Shown one piece after another: positions 10,707 to 24,400 of a DNA stretch of 64,000 bases. How positions within the stretch are numbered: position 1 is the stretch's first letter; each line of letters starts with the position of its first letter. Below the pieces are notes generated by a model. It was not told where the DNA came from and searched no databases. It worked only from the letters and a program-made list of their open reading frames with translations. Origin of the DNA: Lytechinus pictus (lineage: Eukaryota); assembly GCF_037042905.1 (NCBI RefSeq), contig NC_087255.1, positions 32,922,001-32,986,000 on the forward strand, read 5' to 3'. The position numbers were made by a program, and so were the translations under genes.

Positions 10707-13700
10707 AACATATCGTCATAATAAAGACTTTTCGACATCTTTAACGGAAATATACCTCACTGGAAAATACATAATTATTTCACTGAGAGACCTGCAGACC
10801 TGGGCCTGCAGAATGATTGTTAAACTTCTGCACAATATCTGCGACTTTTAAGCCACTTTTCTATTTGGAAATTTAAGCAAAATACACTTCTGTGGAATGT
10901 GGGCGATCGGCTTTTTTATGCAGTGTTACTGTGTGAGCTTTCATCGTCATCTTGTCACCTTTTTATATATCAATTTATTTTCCATGTTATCAATACTAAT
11001 ACTTTTCATTCGCCGTGGGATTCAATATTATTGTGCTATAGGCCCTATAAGTGGGTGAACGTGAACTGTTTATCATTTTCGGTCTTTATTATATATTACT
11101 CTTTAAATGTATTTTATATTAAAAAGATTTAATGATGGTAAGTGCCAACTTATAGTTTCCTATATTAGCCTATGATATAATCTGCCAATAATCTATAAGT
11201 AAGATGAAATATTTGGATTTTATAAAATGAGATCAGTTTATTTTACTATTGAAGACATTTGCAAACAGACTCTCCAAAATTATAATGAGTCTATATTGTA
11301 ATTGAACGGATTAATTTATGTGCATCCTTGGGGACCTTATACTAGTATTTCATAATGCAAAAAAAAAAAAAAAACATTAACGGGAATAGATATTTGTCCG
11401 TATGCTTAAACATATACATTCTCTTTTTTTCCAGCATTTAATTCATATAAAATACATGCTCTCTTGCTACGTACTCTCGTGATTTCACCGTAAGAATACG
11501 GTTAAACAGCATTGGATCACACCAATTATTTTACATCGGTGTAAGTTCAACAGTGTTATCTCAACACCTTTGGTGATAACTTTTCAACGCTTTGGTGTTA
11601 TATTCAATCTCTATAGGGTGTATATTTTAACATCTCAATGTGTGGTCCTCTCGGGACAACTTGTGTGTAAATCTTAACATCTTATTTCATTGTATAATGA
11701 GATCTTAAACCGTAAGTTTTGATAACACTTTATATCTTACTTCCCCAGAGTCACCGCTGAGACGCCCTCAACGCAGTTACGCTCAAGAGTACATGGATCA
11801 GTACAACCTTTGAAGCTAAAAATAGCGATTATAATTATAAAACATTATCTAGTCCCCTTCTCTTTTCTGAAATGCATGAATAAATCAAAATGCGAAAAAG
11901 TTCAATCTTCATGAATTAGAGTAAATCAATTATTTCATATAAAGTCGAACTGTATTTTCAGTAAATTTGATGTCATTTCATGATCACTCTTCTGGTGATC
12001 ATTGAGATAACTCCCACACGAGTAAACAAAAAAAAAAAATCACATTTCACTCATAGTTTACTCTAATTACACCCCTTAGAGAGAGAAAAACTATATATCT
12101 ATCTATCTATCCTGGCAAAGGGTTATTTTAAGAGGCAGTTACTTAAGGCAATGCAAAACTAAAATTGGATATTACATAATCGAATAGCTTGTAACATGAG
12201 GACCATAAGTTATTTAGATTAGATATCCCGTTGATCAATAATTATCATTAAGAAAACAAAAATAGGATTTAAGATCCATTATAGGTTATTAGAAGGTTCA
12301 ATTTGGTGTATGTCTATGGTGTATCAACATGAAGACATATATATTCGTTCATCTATTAATGATAATGCTTACCTTTTGGCCAAATATTATAATTTCATGT
12401 ATTTGTTTTTTTTCAACAACGGTTGTGCTTGACCTACACGTAAATCAATTCCAGCACAGTTGGTAAAAATATAAACGTGTAAACGGCGGTGTCTTAACGT
12501 AGTAACAATGTTTTATATAACAAAAAGATGTCTTTCAAATGAAACAAGTGGAATCTAGATTCATATTAATTTATCGATATATAAAACAAATCGATATAAA
12601 AAATATTCGCCAAGAATGTAGGCTACGTCTAATATTAAATGTCCGGAAGTTGGTGGTTCATTGTTAAGACTTGTATTGTGTTTCATAATAGCAAATACTA
12701 TATTTCCAAGTGCTTTCAACTAACTCCATTTCTATGAAAAACAAACACATTGTTAGCTTATGTGAGTAAGATTGTATATTTATCAACCAATTTCAAATGC
12801 ACGGGATGTATTCTCGTCGATAGTGTATGAAAGGTAAATGCTTATTAATACAATTCATGTAAAGTATATGTATGGATTAAAAACTGTGTTACGTATATTC
12901 ATAAGTGACCCGGAAGTGACCTTATAATCGTAAAACCATATTTTGTGAATGATTCTGTTTTAGAACCAGTGCTGAGGTTTATTTTTTTAAATCAAAGTAG
13001 GCCTACAAGCCATTGCCAATTTGCTGCCACAGCTTTTGTAATGATATTGACTGAACGCTCGGTATCAATTGAGAATTATTTTTATATAAGCTAATATTTT
13101 TGTGTCCAATCAAAGATTTACAATAAATTTAATCATATAATCATCAAATAATGTTAAAGTAAAAACATAAATACATCTAAACATGCTGTATGTGCAAGTG
13201 TGAGCACTGGCATGACTGGTGTAAAGGATAACAAGTTTGTGGAGCTAATGTTTTGAATTTGCTCATTAAACTGTTAGAAATTGTACACTGCATCAAGAAA
13301 TAGGCCTACATCAGTGTCTACATACTGTACATGTAGCTATATTATAAAGGAAACCCATTTTAACCCATCTTAAAGTTGATATCACTTAAACGGCACTTTA
13401 AGTCACATACGGGTGTTTAGAATAAAATTTAAATATTAGCTTATATCTTGCATCATTATCCCGACATATTAGGGTAAATATGGATGCACTAAAATGAGAT
13501 TTATAGGTTTATATTAGTGAATTTGTATGGCGTGGAAAAAGTGGGACAAGGCGGGGTGGGGGTGGGGGCTACCCAGCCAGGGAAACTTGATATTATGAGA
13601 TAGAGGAGCAAGAGATTAGTATCAATTATTATACGCTCTCAGAATTTTTTAAAACCAAATCCAGAGTTGGTTAAGTTATCAACCAACCAACGGTTGATAA

Positions 13701-14569
13701 AAAAAAAATCCCAATACATTTTGCATACAGCTTTGTTTACAACCGTTTATATGTTCATACTTGTAGGTTGATTAAACCTTTCTGAGAATGTAAGTATGCC
13801 TGCATTTATTCCATTTTGAAAATGTGAAAACGTAGCTTTTGTACTTTTTGTAATGTTCTTGTACAAATTGATTTGTTGTGATATTCGTATTATCAGTGGT
13901 GCATTTGTAATTTTGTTGAGACTTCATTAGTACATACAATAATATTTTGTACAGTTAATGGTTTAAAATACCGATCTTTTTAAATTGATAACATAAAAAT
14001 AAATCATTTTGCCAAATACCGCAAATATATCATCACAATTGTTAAATCAATTTGATGCTTCAAAAAGAAACATCTCCGTTATAACAGAGGTAATAGAATA
14101 TATTAGTGTGCTTGACGATAGTGGTACGTACAAATACCCATACTACATTCAAGAAAGAACTATGTTATCAGAAAAATATAAGAGGAAATATCAGAGGAAT
14201 ATCATGTCCATGATATTCCACTCAATGTGATATGTTTTCCCATTTAATGTTTCTCAAATTATATTTTGTTTGTGTTCATATTGGTGGGATAGATATATTA
14301 GCATTTGTATGTTAAGTGGGATATATATTTTTATCTCAGTCTTTCAGTTATCAATAGCCATGGTGATTTATCATATAAATTAAGAATGAAATTAAACCAC
14401 ATTATGTAAAAAGTAAAGTCAATGTGTTGTTCATATTGGAATTACATTTTGGAATTGTCATGTAAGAGGGGGGGGGGGGGGTGGGGGAGGGGGTGGAGAG
14501 GGAGGGGAGATAGAGCAAAGAAATAAGGAAAATATAGAGAGAGGGGAATTCAAATGCAGAGATTCTCTT

Positions 14570-15667
14570 TCTTTACTTCCCCTCTCTCCCCCACCTTCAA
14601 CATTTCTCTTCCCCTCTCTCCTCCACCTTCCGCATCTCTCTTCCCCTCTCTCCCCAACCTTTCAAATTTCTCTTCCCCTCTATCTCCTCCACCTTCCGCA
14701 TCTCTCTCCCCCACTTTCCACATTTCTCTTCCCCTCTCTCCCCCACCTTCCGCATCTCTTTCTCTCTCTCCCCCACTTTCCACATTTCTCTTCCCCTCTC
14801 TCTCCCCCTTCCACATTTCTCTTCCCCTCTCTTCCCCACCTTCCACATTTATCTTCCCCTTTCTCCACCACCTTCTTCATCTCCCTTTCCCTCTCTCCCC
14901 CACCTTCCACATTTCTCTTCCCCTCTCTCCCCCACCTTCCACATTTCTCTTCCCCTCTCTCCACCACCTTCCACATCTCTCTCCCCCACCTTCCACCTTT
15001 CTCTTCCCCTCTCTCCCCCACCTTCCGCATCTCTTTCTCTCTCTCCCCCACTTTCCACATTTCTCTTCCCCTCTCTCTCCCCCTTCCACATTTCTCTTCC
15101 CCACCTTCCACATTTATCTTCCCCTTTCTCCACCACCTTCTGCATCTCCCTTTCCCTCTCTCCCCCACCTTCCACATTTCTCTTCCCCTCTCTCCACCAC
15201 CTTCTGCATCTCCCTTTCCCTCTCTCCCCCACCTTCCACATTTCTCTTCCCCTCTCTCCCCCACCTTCCACCTTTCTCTTCCCCTCTCTCCACCACCTTC
15301 TGCATCTCTCTTCCCCACTTTCCACATTTCTCTTCCCCTCTCTCTCCCCCTTCCACATTTCTCTTCCCCACCTTCCACATTTATCTTCCCCTTTCTCCAC
15401 CACCTTCTGCATCTCCCTTTCCCTCTCTCCCCCACCTTCCACATTTCTCTTCCCCTCTCTCCACCACCTTCTGCATCTCCCTTTCCCTCTCTCCCCCACC
15501 TTCCACATTTCTCTTCCCCTCTCTCCCCCACCTTCCACCTTTCTCTTCCCCTCTCTCCACCACCTTCTGCATCTCTCTTCCCCACCTTCCTCATTTCTCT
15601 TCCCCTCTCTCCCCCACCTTCCACATTTCACATCCCCTCTCTCCCCCACCTTTCACATCTCTTCCCC
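14570..15667. repeat. Polypyrimidine minisatellite (~31-bp CCCCACCTTCCACATTTCTCTTCCCCTCTCT)
   Basis: Tandem C/T-rich units with higher-order duplication; explains the spurious ORFs in several frames on both strands. Confidence 0.95.
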
Positions 15668-18375
15668 GCCCAACCATCTGTCTTTGCCCCTCTACCTCCT
15701 ATATACTCATCATCTCCAGCAGGTTTGATAAGACAATCTCCAAATGATATTTTCTTCACAACTGATGTTATACTCCTTTTATCAAAATAATGCAAAAACC
15801 ATATTCATACAGATATAGAATGCTTTTTATTAAAGCTTCAATCACATTTTCATAACGGATAACATACATGTACATGAATATCTAAATGGACGAGACAATT
15901 TATAGGGAAGAATTTGTGTCATTTCTCGCAATTTACACATTTATATTGCAATTTCCCTTTCTCAGCTTATTCATTACCTACTACAGAGAAACAATGGCTA
16001 AAGTAAAAATTACCTTGTTACTTTGTTCGCCTATCAATAAATCTATGCAAGTCTCCTTATGATAAAATAATTACTCAATTTGAATATACAATAAAATCAT
16101 GTCATTGAGAAACTTAAAGAATTCATATTGGAGTTTAAATGTAAATGGGCTGCAACACCATGACGATTTAGCCATCATATTCCAACATACTGTACTCGTG
16201 ACCTCCTATACGCACATTTACTATCAAGAATCCCATACTTTATATCAAGAATTGTGATTTGTTACCAGCCAAAATTCTAAGAATTAAATTCTTTACAAGA
16301 AGATTCACTTGTGTTAAGACAAGGCAATTCTTGATATAAAGAAAAGGGATGAACATCTTGACATAGCCTAGGTATATCGGCTCAGGTGTATCAGCACTTT
16401 AAATGACAAAATTTATACATGATTTTGTCAACATTCATCAAATACACTTATAAATTAATAGAAATAAGGAAGTTAACTTGGACAATGGCAATTGTTATTT
16501 GCCACATTCCTAGCCTTACATTGTAATTTGGTGATCCATTATCTTTTTTTTTATTCAAAAACTATTTCACTACCCAAAATAATCTTACTTATGGAATGAA
16601 AACTTTAACATTTGTATAAAAAAAATTACAGAAAGCATAGGAAATAAATGAATAATCCATCTTTCTCAGTTCCAACCAGGCAGTGGTATGTCGATTTTTT
16701 TGTGGAAAGAGTACTCCCGCCTGAAATCAGAATGAATTGCATTAACAGAATAAAATTTTGAAAGCAAAATACTGAATATTAAATTCAAACCAGATTAAAA
16801 AAATGGTTATTTTCATGTTTGTATTATTGTGGTTAACATATTATGAGTGTGAAATGAGTGAGGTGATTTTTTTCATTCCTGTTTTTGCATGATATTATTT
16901 TTCCACTATGATTACAAACGAATAGTAGGTAAATAGTTCTGTCCAAATACTCATAACCTAAAATCCATTACATGCGATACCACATCACATTCATCATAAT
17001 TGATAACCCGTCAATCCATTGACAAGTATACACAAAATGTATCCTAACCAAATCATAATGCAAAAAACCTAATGTCTCTCTAATTCAAATACAAGTTACA
17101 TATTTTAATCCTTATCATTCCAAGATATAAATATCTATTACATAAACATCCAACGAAACATGAAATATAATCTTATATAAACTGTCTACCTTTCCCGAAC
17201 AACAAATCCATTGGCATTAGCAAAAAGTCATCACGATAGGGATTTGTGACAAACACCAAATGCATTACTCATATATTTCTTGTGTTGAGTACTGAGTTAC
17301 CTCACATATGTACACTAATTTTTTATGACTATACAACAATCACCTGTATCTCAACTATTTTGGCTAAATTTCATATACGCTATTAAAGGGTTCTAAGGAT
17401 CGTATCAAGAAACATGCTATTTCTATAAACAAATGAAAGGTTATGCCACATTATACATGGAATGATTTGTTATTACACAAGCAAGAATGAAAGATTACCT
17501 CTCCTGAGAGAGTAGCTCGAACAACTAAAAATCATCACGTCCAAGTTTATAAAAGGGCTTCAAAACCAGGGTTTGAAAATGATTAATGCAAATTTTCTGC
17601 ATTAATTATGATTAATTTTCTGCACACATTGAGAAAGGGTACAATAACGTATAGGCGTTTTTGTCAAATGGGACTGAAGTTAGGTTTGTTGCTATGGTGT
17701 GAGCATAAAACAGCTCATAATTTAGAATTAGTGTGTCCACTCTCTATTTAAATCAACTGAAATACAAAGTAGGCTCAAACTATAGTGACATGAAGCTTGA
17801 ACCTAAAAACCTCTTAATACAATTAGCACGATCTATTAGACATTTGCCCAATGCACATGGTGATATTAGCATAAACCACGGTCTTAAACCAAAGCTTCAA
17901 AATCAATTATTATGAATGATGGGCCAAAGAGTCAAATATGATGTAGTATGGTGGCAGAGGTTAAAGATCGAGCTGAATTCTTTGGATATACTATTGGTGC
18001 ATCATTAAATCACATATTTGAGAACTTGTAAGCGTTTTTGGATTTCACAAAAAATGGCTGTGTTACCTTACTTATAAGAAACACCTGGATTCAGAATGGA
18101 CAGCTAAATGTTTGAACAAAAAAAAAAAAAAATCAAGAAGGCTGTCCAACAACTTTTCCTTCTTATCCTCTTCAATATATGTTATTAAAAAAAATCAGAA
18201 ATGATTGTGATATATTTTAAACCCAAATGCACCGTGAAATTAGCCAATTATATTTTATGTCAGAAACCATTTACAATGTTGATGAAAATAAGGATGATCA
18301 CATAGCTGAGCCTTGAGATAATGAAATATCATTTTAGTATAAATAAGATGATTTGCTGCAATCTCTGTTTGTTGT

Positions 18376-18414
18376 TCAGGCTATATCCTCACTCTTAAAG
18401 GAATATTTGCTGGC
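18376..18414 (-). CDS. ATP6V0B: ATP6V0B exon 7 ([12 protein letters not shown])
   Basis: Long pyrimidine tract plus TACAG acceptor, phase 0, short C-terminal peptide as expected for the family; low sequence conservation. Confidence 0.7.
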   Translation of the reverse strand, partial: ASKYSFKSEDIA

Positions 18415-21400
18415 CTGTACAGAGATAGGAAGAGAAAGAAATAGGGAGATACAAAGAGAGAAAGAGGGGGGGGGGGGTAGAGAGAGAGAGAGAGAGATGG
18501 AGCAACAGATAAAGGGAGGGGGAGATAGAGAGATAATCAGGTTGAAGAAACAGGGAAAAAAAATTGATAATAAAATTGATAATAAAAATATGACAATTCT
18601 TCAAATGTAGTAATATTTTATAGAATAGGCATTGAATTGTTTGATATGTCCCTTCGGACTGAACCACTTGCCACTATCAAGTATAGTATCAATTAATCTT
18701 ACATGTACTCCTTGTGAACTCAATGGAAAAAATGTGCTGGGATGGGGGGTTATTCACACCAAAGTACTTTTCAAGATAAACAGTAGGCCTTTGGGTAAAA
18801 AATTAACTACACCTAGGTATTCAAAAAAAAAATTCACTAGCCATAATCATTAAGTCTTCATATATAATCATTAGCATTAGGTAGTAAAAAATGACTCTTC
18901 ATGCCAACATAAAACAATAGTTGATTGTGTCGGTCAGGCTTTAACACATCCCTGGAAAATCTGACATAAAATCTTTCAATCTCCTATTCTAACATATACA
19001 CTTTTATCACATGAAAAAGATTAACCTGTTGCATGCTACAAATACTCATGTACATGAAACTGTTAAGTTCAGTAGAATACAGGCGAAGTTTGGTTAAAAA
19101 TTACAGTTTTACTTATTTTCACCAATTCCTATAAGTAGCAAACAGAGAATATGCCCAACCCCCCTCCCCCGTGCTTCGCTGTCCCCACTACATCCTGCCG
19201 AGAAAAAAGGGATTATATTCAATTGGTCTACAAGCAATTGGTCCCCTTGTCAGACAGTCTAATTCCACCTGGGTGATATCAATTCAGTCTAATTCTCATT
19301 TAGTCCAATGTCCAGTTGGTCTAATTACTGTAATTTCAACTTGGTCTACTTCATATTCTTTTATTTTGTTAAATTAAAATTTGATTCAAATTCAGTTCAT
19401 CTATTCATACAGAATCAGTTGTGGTAGACCAGGCAAATATAAGATGAAATGTGTATAGCCCAATGGGCATTAGACAAACTGGTTAAGTTGCTAAGTCTAA
19501 GTGGCAATTTGACCAAAATGATTAGAAGACAAACCAGTGGATGTTTCATAAAGCTGTTCGAAAGTTATGAGCGATTTTACGAATGACTGGTGATCCTTTC
19601 TTAGGACCTACATCAACACCAATAAAAATATGGTGTGTATCATTTACCACAAGATCTCCAGTCATTCATAAAGTCAATCCCAACTTATGAACAGCTTTAT
19701 GAAACTCTGACCTAGTTCGAGATGAAGTCAGATTATACTACGTGGGATGAAACCAAATGGAAAAGTAGACAAAGTGGGTGTAGACTACTAGGCAATGTAC
19801 AGAAGTAAATACACATTTCACTTTGGAATGAAAGGCAATGGTACTCACTTGCAAGATACCGACAATGACACCGAATAGTCCGATAGCGCTTCCGAAGATC
19901 TCGACGATGAGGACCTTGACGAATAGACTGGCATCTTGGGCGTCGGCTAGGGCGGCTCCGCTACCCACAATGCCCACACAGATCCCACAGGCTAGATTGG
20001 TAAAACCCACAGTCAAACCAGCACCAAAGATGGCATAACCTGGGAAGAAAAACAAATTTGAATATTGCAATGATCTTAAAATGGATCAAATTAAATTATC
20101 ACCCAGGTGTTTGTATGTATTTATAAAAAGGATGTGCTACATGATTGTAGAAGAAAATGAATTGTTGTTGAGATATGAGCATTTGTTTTTCTTCTTGTGC
20201 TTTCATAATTATGTTACTGTGTTCTGTCGCATTCTGTTGATGCATTGATGAAAGAGTTGCAAAGTTACAAAGAGTTGCGATTGATCCGATCGATCACAAC
20301 TATGGACGGCAAGCAATCTCAACATCTATTATGCATGTTTTTCAAAATATTTTCTAGCTATGATGTATATTCATGCATTCATTGTTTTCTTGAAAATTCA
20401 CTATGCTTCTCTTTATTTACAAAGCAAATAACTTTCCTGGAGGAGAAATTATGACACTGATGGATTTCCAGAGTTACGATTGATTGGATCAATCGTAACT
20501 CTTTGTAAGACGGGGCCCAGGTTACGTACTGCATCGTCTAGAGCTTATCAATTACAAACTAAATTCACGGCTTAAACTTCCATATTTTAGTTCAAGTCCA
20601 CTGTTCAATAGGGCACATTCCTATACATGTATTACAATGCACATGGGGGGGGGGGGGGGGAGGGAAGGCACAAGAAATGTACAACGCCAGAGAAAGTCAC
20701 ATTGATGCACTGAAAAGAGAATCCATGGTCTTAGATGGAGTCAGATTAACATCCAATTATCCTTACCTGCAAGATAATTATTTGCCATTGTCTTTTCTGA
20801 AAGCTCATTTGTTCCAAAATCCTTCACTTGACCCGAGAGAACAATTGCCATGATGATACCGTAAATGGCCACTGCTTCACAGAAAATAATGCTGCAAGGG
20901 TGATATAAAAGGAGCAAGTTATAAACACGATTTCATTTTAAAAAGATCGTCAATCTATGCAGTCAATTTTCAGAGCACAATACCTTTTCAATGAAATAAA
21001 CATGAGCACATTGATTCCTAAACATCATCAGTATCAATTTTCAAATCATTTTAATTGAAAAGGTATTTTGCAATAAAGTTTACTGCAACTCCTGTAGAAT
21101 TATGACTTCATGGATATCTGGATTCATTCATTGTAGTCAAACAGTTCTGGTACAAATCTGATTTTAAAACAATGACTTCTTTACAAATTGAAACAGCAAG
21201 TTTTATATGTGCTAGTCTTGTGTGAACTTGTTGATTTAAGTTTCAATCAGGGTCTAGCCTGCAGACTAGACATGCTCATCTACATGTAAACATGTATTGC
21301 GAAATGACCCCGTCCTCTCTAATTTTTAAAAAAATGTTTCTTTAACCAAAATACATGTAGCAGAGATATTCTTCACACGAGATGATACTTTTAATAGGCT

Positions 21401-24400
21401 CTGTATTATTATTAAATTGCCCATTCGTATACATGTCATTGAGACAACATAAATAAATATACAGTACACAGGTTAATAAATCCAAAATTTGAAAACATAA
21501 TATAATTAGGATCATTTATTATTTCAGTTTCAAATATTGTACTATTAATGACACAACTAAGATCCCAATACACTTTTGATTGTTATCAGTTATCAATGTT
21601 GTTTCTGAATGAGCAATCACTATACCTAGTCCTTCCTGTGTCGGTGAGGTATTACTTCCTGTTTCAAGTTGGGTTATCTGTAATGTCCTTCCCTTGCTAC
21701 ACAGATGAGCCTTACAACTATGCATGTTTAGCTATACATGTATGTTTATATTACAGGTAGTACAATAATTGGGCTTGTTACATGAATTTCATTCATTTCC
21801 TAATACCAAATTGATGCATTTCCCATAATTAATTATTGAAGTGGGTATCAAAGCTACTGGTACTATTGCCTTTGATGCATACCCAAAAATTTGGGGTGAA
21901 TGTTGTCAATTGAAAATTAACAAAAGGAAAGACATTATATGATCTTCAGATATCAATCAGACAATAAAAAAATAAATGCCCAATACATGTTGCATAGCAA
22001 TCCACATGATCTGCAACATATAACCACTATGTCCCATCTAAAATTTAATTTACCATGTATTAATTAAGAAGTCCGTGTATGTTTTGATTTCTTAATAAAA
22101 CACACAATTAAAAAAAAAAAAAATGTGAATAGCTGAATAGCTATGCAAAATTATTTGAGTGAAATTAAGTTTCCTCAAAGTACCCATTCCCCTGGGACAG
22201 TAATCAAAATATAAAACAGGTAGCACATTATTTTGTGTTCTCATGAAAGAAAAATAAAATTTGAAGTAAACCCTTAGAAATTTTTTATTTTATTTTATGT
22301 ACTCGATCACCAAAACATTCCCAATGCGGTAAATTTGAAATATCCAGGGTATAGGTTTTGTGCATACCAGTTTGTATAACTTTTAAAAATCCGTAATTTT
22401 CTTGTTTGTCCAATAATGTTAAAAGTTTTACCCATCTACTCAATCTTATTTTCTTTCCCCCCTGTAAAAAATAACCTTTTATTTGGGTTGGATTCCCCTT
22501 AAATGTTTGATGTTGTGGCATGAAATTTTGTAGGTAGAATTTTATGAACCTACCTGATGAGATTTTTGGTTCTGATACGGGGAGCTTTTACACCTCCTCC
22601 TACAATACTTGTTCCTGTTGTGAAAATACCCCTGCATTGGGAGAAAACATTAAGATCATTAGTCACTTTAACAGTTAACATGCAAATAGAATCCTCATAA
22701 AGCCCAAGTCTACCCCAAAAACATGCACAAAACTGAAAATATTGATTAATCAGACATTAAGTAAATAAAAATACATTAAAGTTTGCTTGATTAAAAAAAA
22801 ACATAACCCTTTATTATAAGAAGTCAACAGTTACATGTATGCAAATCCTGGTTGGTATGAGAGATCCAACATTGACACCACCCACTCATTATTTATTTTG
22901 AATTTTATCAGAAAGTGTTAATTTTCCATCATAATAATGTAAATAATAGCTTAATTCCACTGTATAATGATGGACTTGCCACTCTTGCAACTTATTATGA
23001 TTAAACAAAGAGCCTCCTCACTATTACATCTGCAAATATGAATATTCCACATTTCATATAGTAAAATACAAAGGAAATATTAATTTTTAAGAAATTATTA
23101 AAAATCTTTTCTGTAAACAAAGGAAATAGTGAGCGAGTAACGTCGTCGACTCCTAAATTGTCTGTTTTCTGCATATATATGCTTTTATGAAAAATTATCA
23201 AAACTTATTCTACATCTGATCTTGAGGAAATTTTCCGCTTTATTATGGTTGCTTGATTCTTCTCTATTTATTCATGAATGGGGGTGGGCAATCTTCAATT
23301 GGAAATTCAAATAATTATCTGGGGTTCATTAAAACACCCATCAGCAATAGATACATGTAGGATTTCTACTCACCATGCTGCCCCTACAACAGATAGTGCT
23401 ATTGATAAACCCACACCCACATCAGCCCACATGTAGGGCTCTATCGCTAATAGGAACCTGGTGTGTAAAAAACAAAGAAAGAAGATATATTAATTCTAAC
23501 AGTGATTTTAGAATGTGAAAGAAACTGTCCATGATCTGGAAATGTTTACAATAAATGAAAACAATTACTCTATTTACCGAAGAACGTTGTCACTTCAGCT
23601 ATTTTAGCTGATCTCCGAGCAGGCTTCTCATACCTCAAGTGCCTGACAAGAAGGCAGAAGATTCATTTTAAAATTATTTGGTTATGACTCGGCTGGGGAT
23701 CAAATCAACGGCCTCTCTTTCATAAGACGGGCGCTCTACCAGTAAGCCATCATGCCCAGTAGATTAAGCAGCTGTATAATTCTTCCAAGCAATGGGGTTT
23801 GCCGTTAAAGCTAATGAAATTACCAAAATGATGATAACTTGATGTAGTTTTGCCAACAGTCAAATGCACTGTCCAAAGAAATAATTGCATGGGTCTGTGC
23901 ACAAATTGTTGGCCCGACCATTTCGAACATCACTTTTTTTCCCTTCAAAGTATTAATCAATTGCTACATGTTATAGTGAGATGAATAATGGATTTATAAA
24001 CCACATACTTTTTTTGCATTACCAGTATTCTGGCCATAATTGTAAATTGCATGCGTCATCCATCATAACATTATTATTTAATAAAAAAAAACCTTCTTCA
24101 TATTATAACATTTCATCTATAATGTACATCAATATCGGTTTATTTTTCCTTTTTTTGTCAAACTTAATACATTTATCAAACAAATACAATTGATGCACAT
24201 TCAAAATACGAGTACCTGTTTCCTAAACATGCAATATTATAGATATTAATTATTTCATTCTTTGATAAAATTGTTGAATTCAAGGACATTTTAACACTTT
24301 TTTTTCAGTTTGTAATATAGATAAACCAAACATGGCAGGGGTGGGTTAAGTTTTACTTACCATCCAAAATCTAGTCTGTACAGCTGATCAGTCAACAGAT

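Noticed and set aside
12640-12925. Two CCGGAAGT ETS-like sites suggesting a hidden promoter or ncRNA
   Set aside because: No CpG island, ORF or recognisable RNA structure nearby.
14550-15747. Long ORFs (397, 314 and 266 aa) on both strands
   Set aside because: Artefacts of a stop-poor C/T minisatellite; low-complexity translations in several frames on both strands.
19069-19128. Alternative last exon for ATP6V0B (ELVKISK...), also GCVKA* near 18950
   Set aside because: Weaker acceptor context and less like the family C-terminus than 18376-18414; not formally excluded.
23690-23757. tRNA gene
   Set aside because: Degenerate tRNA-like SINE head that cannot form a full cloverleaf.
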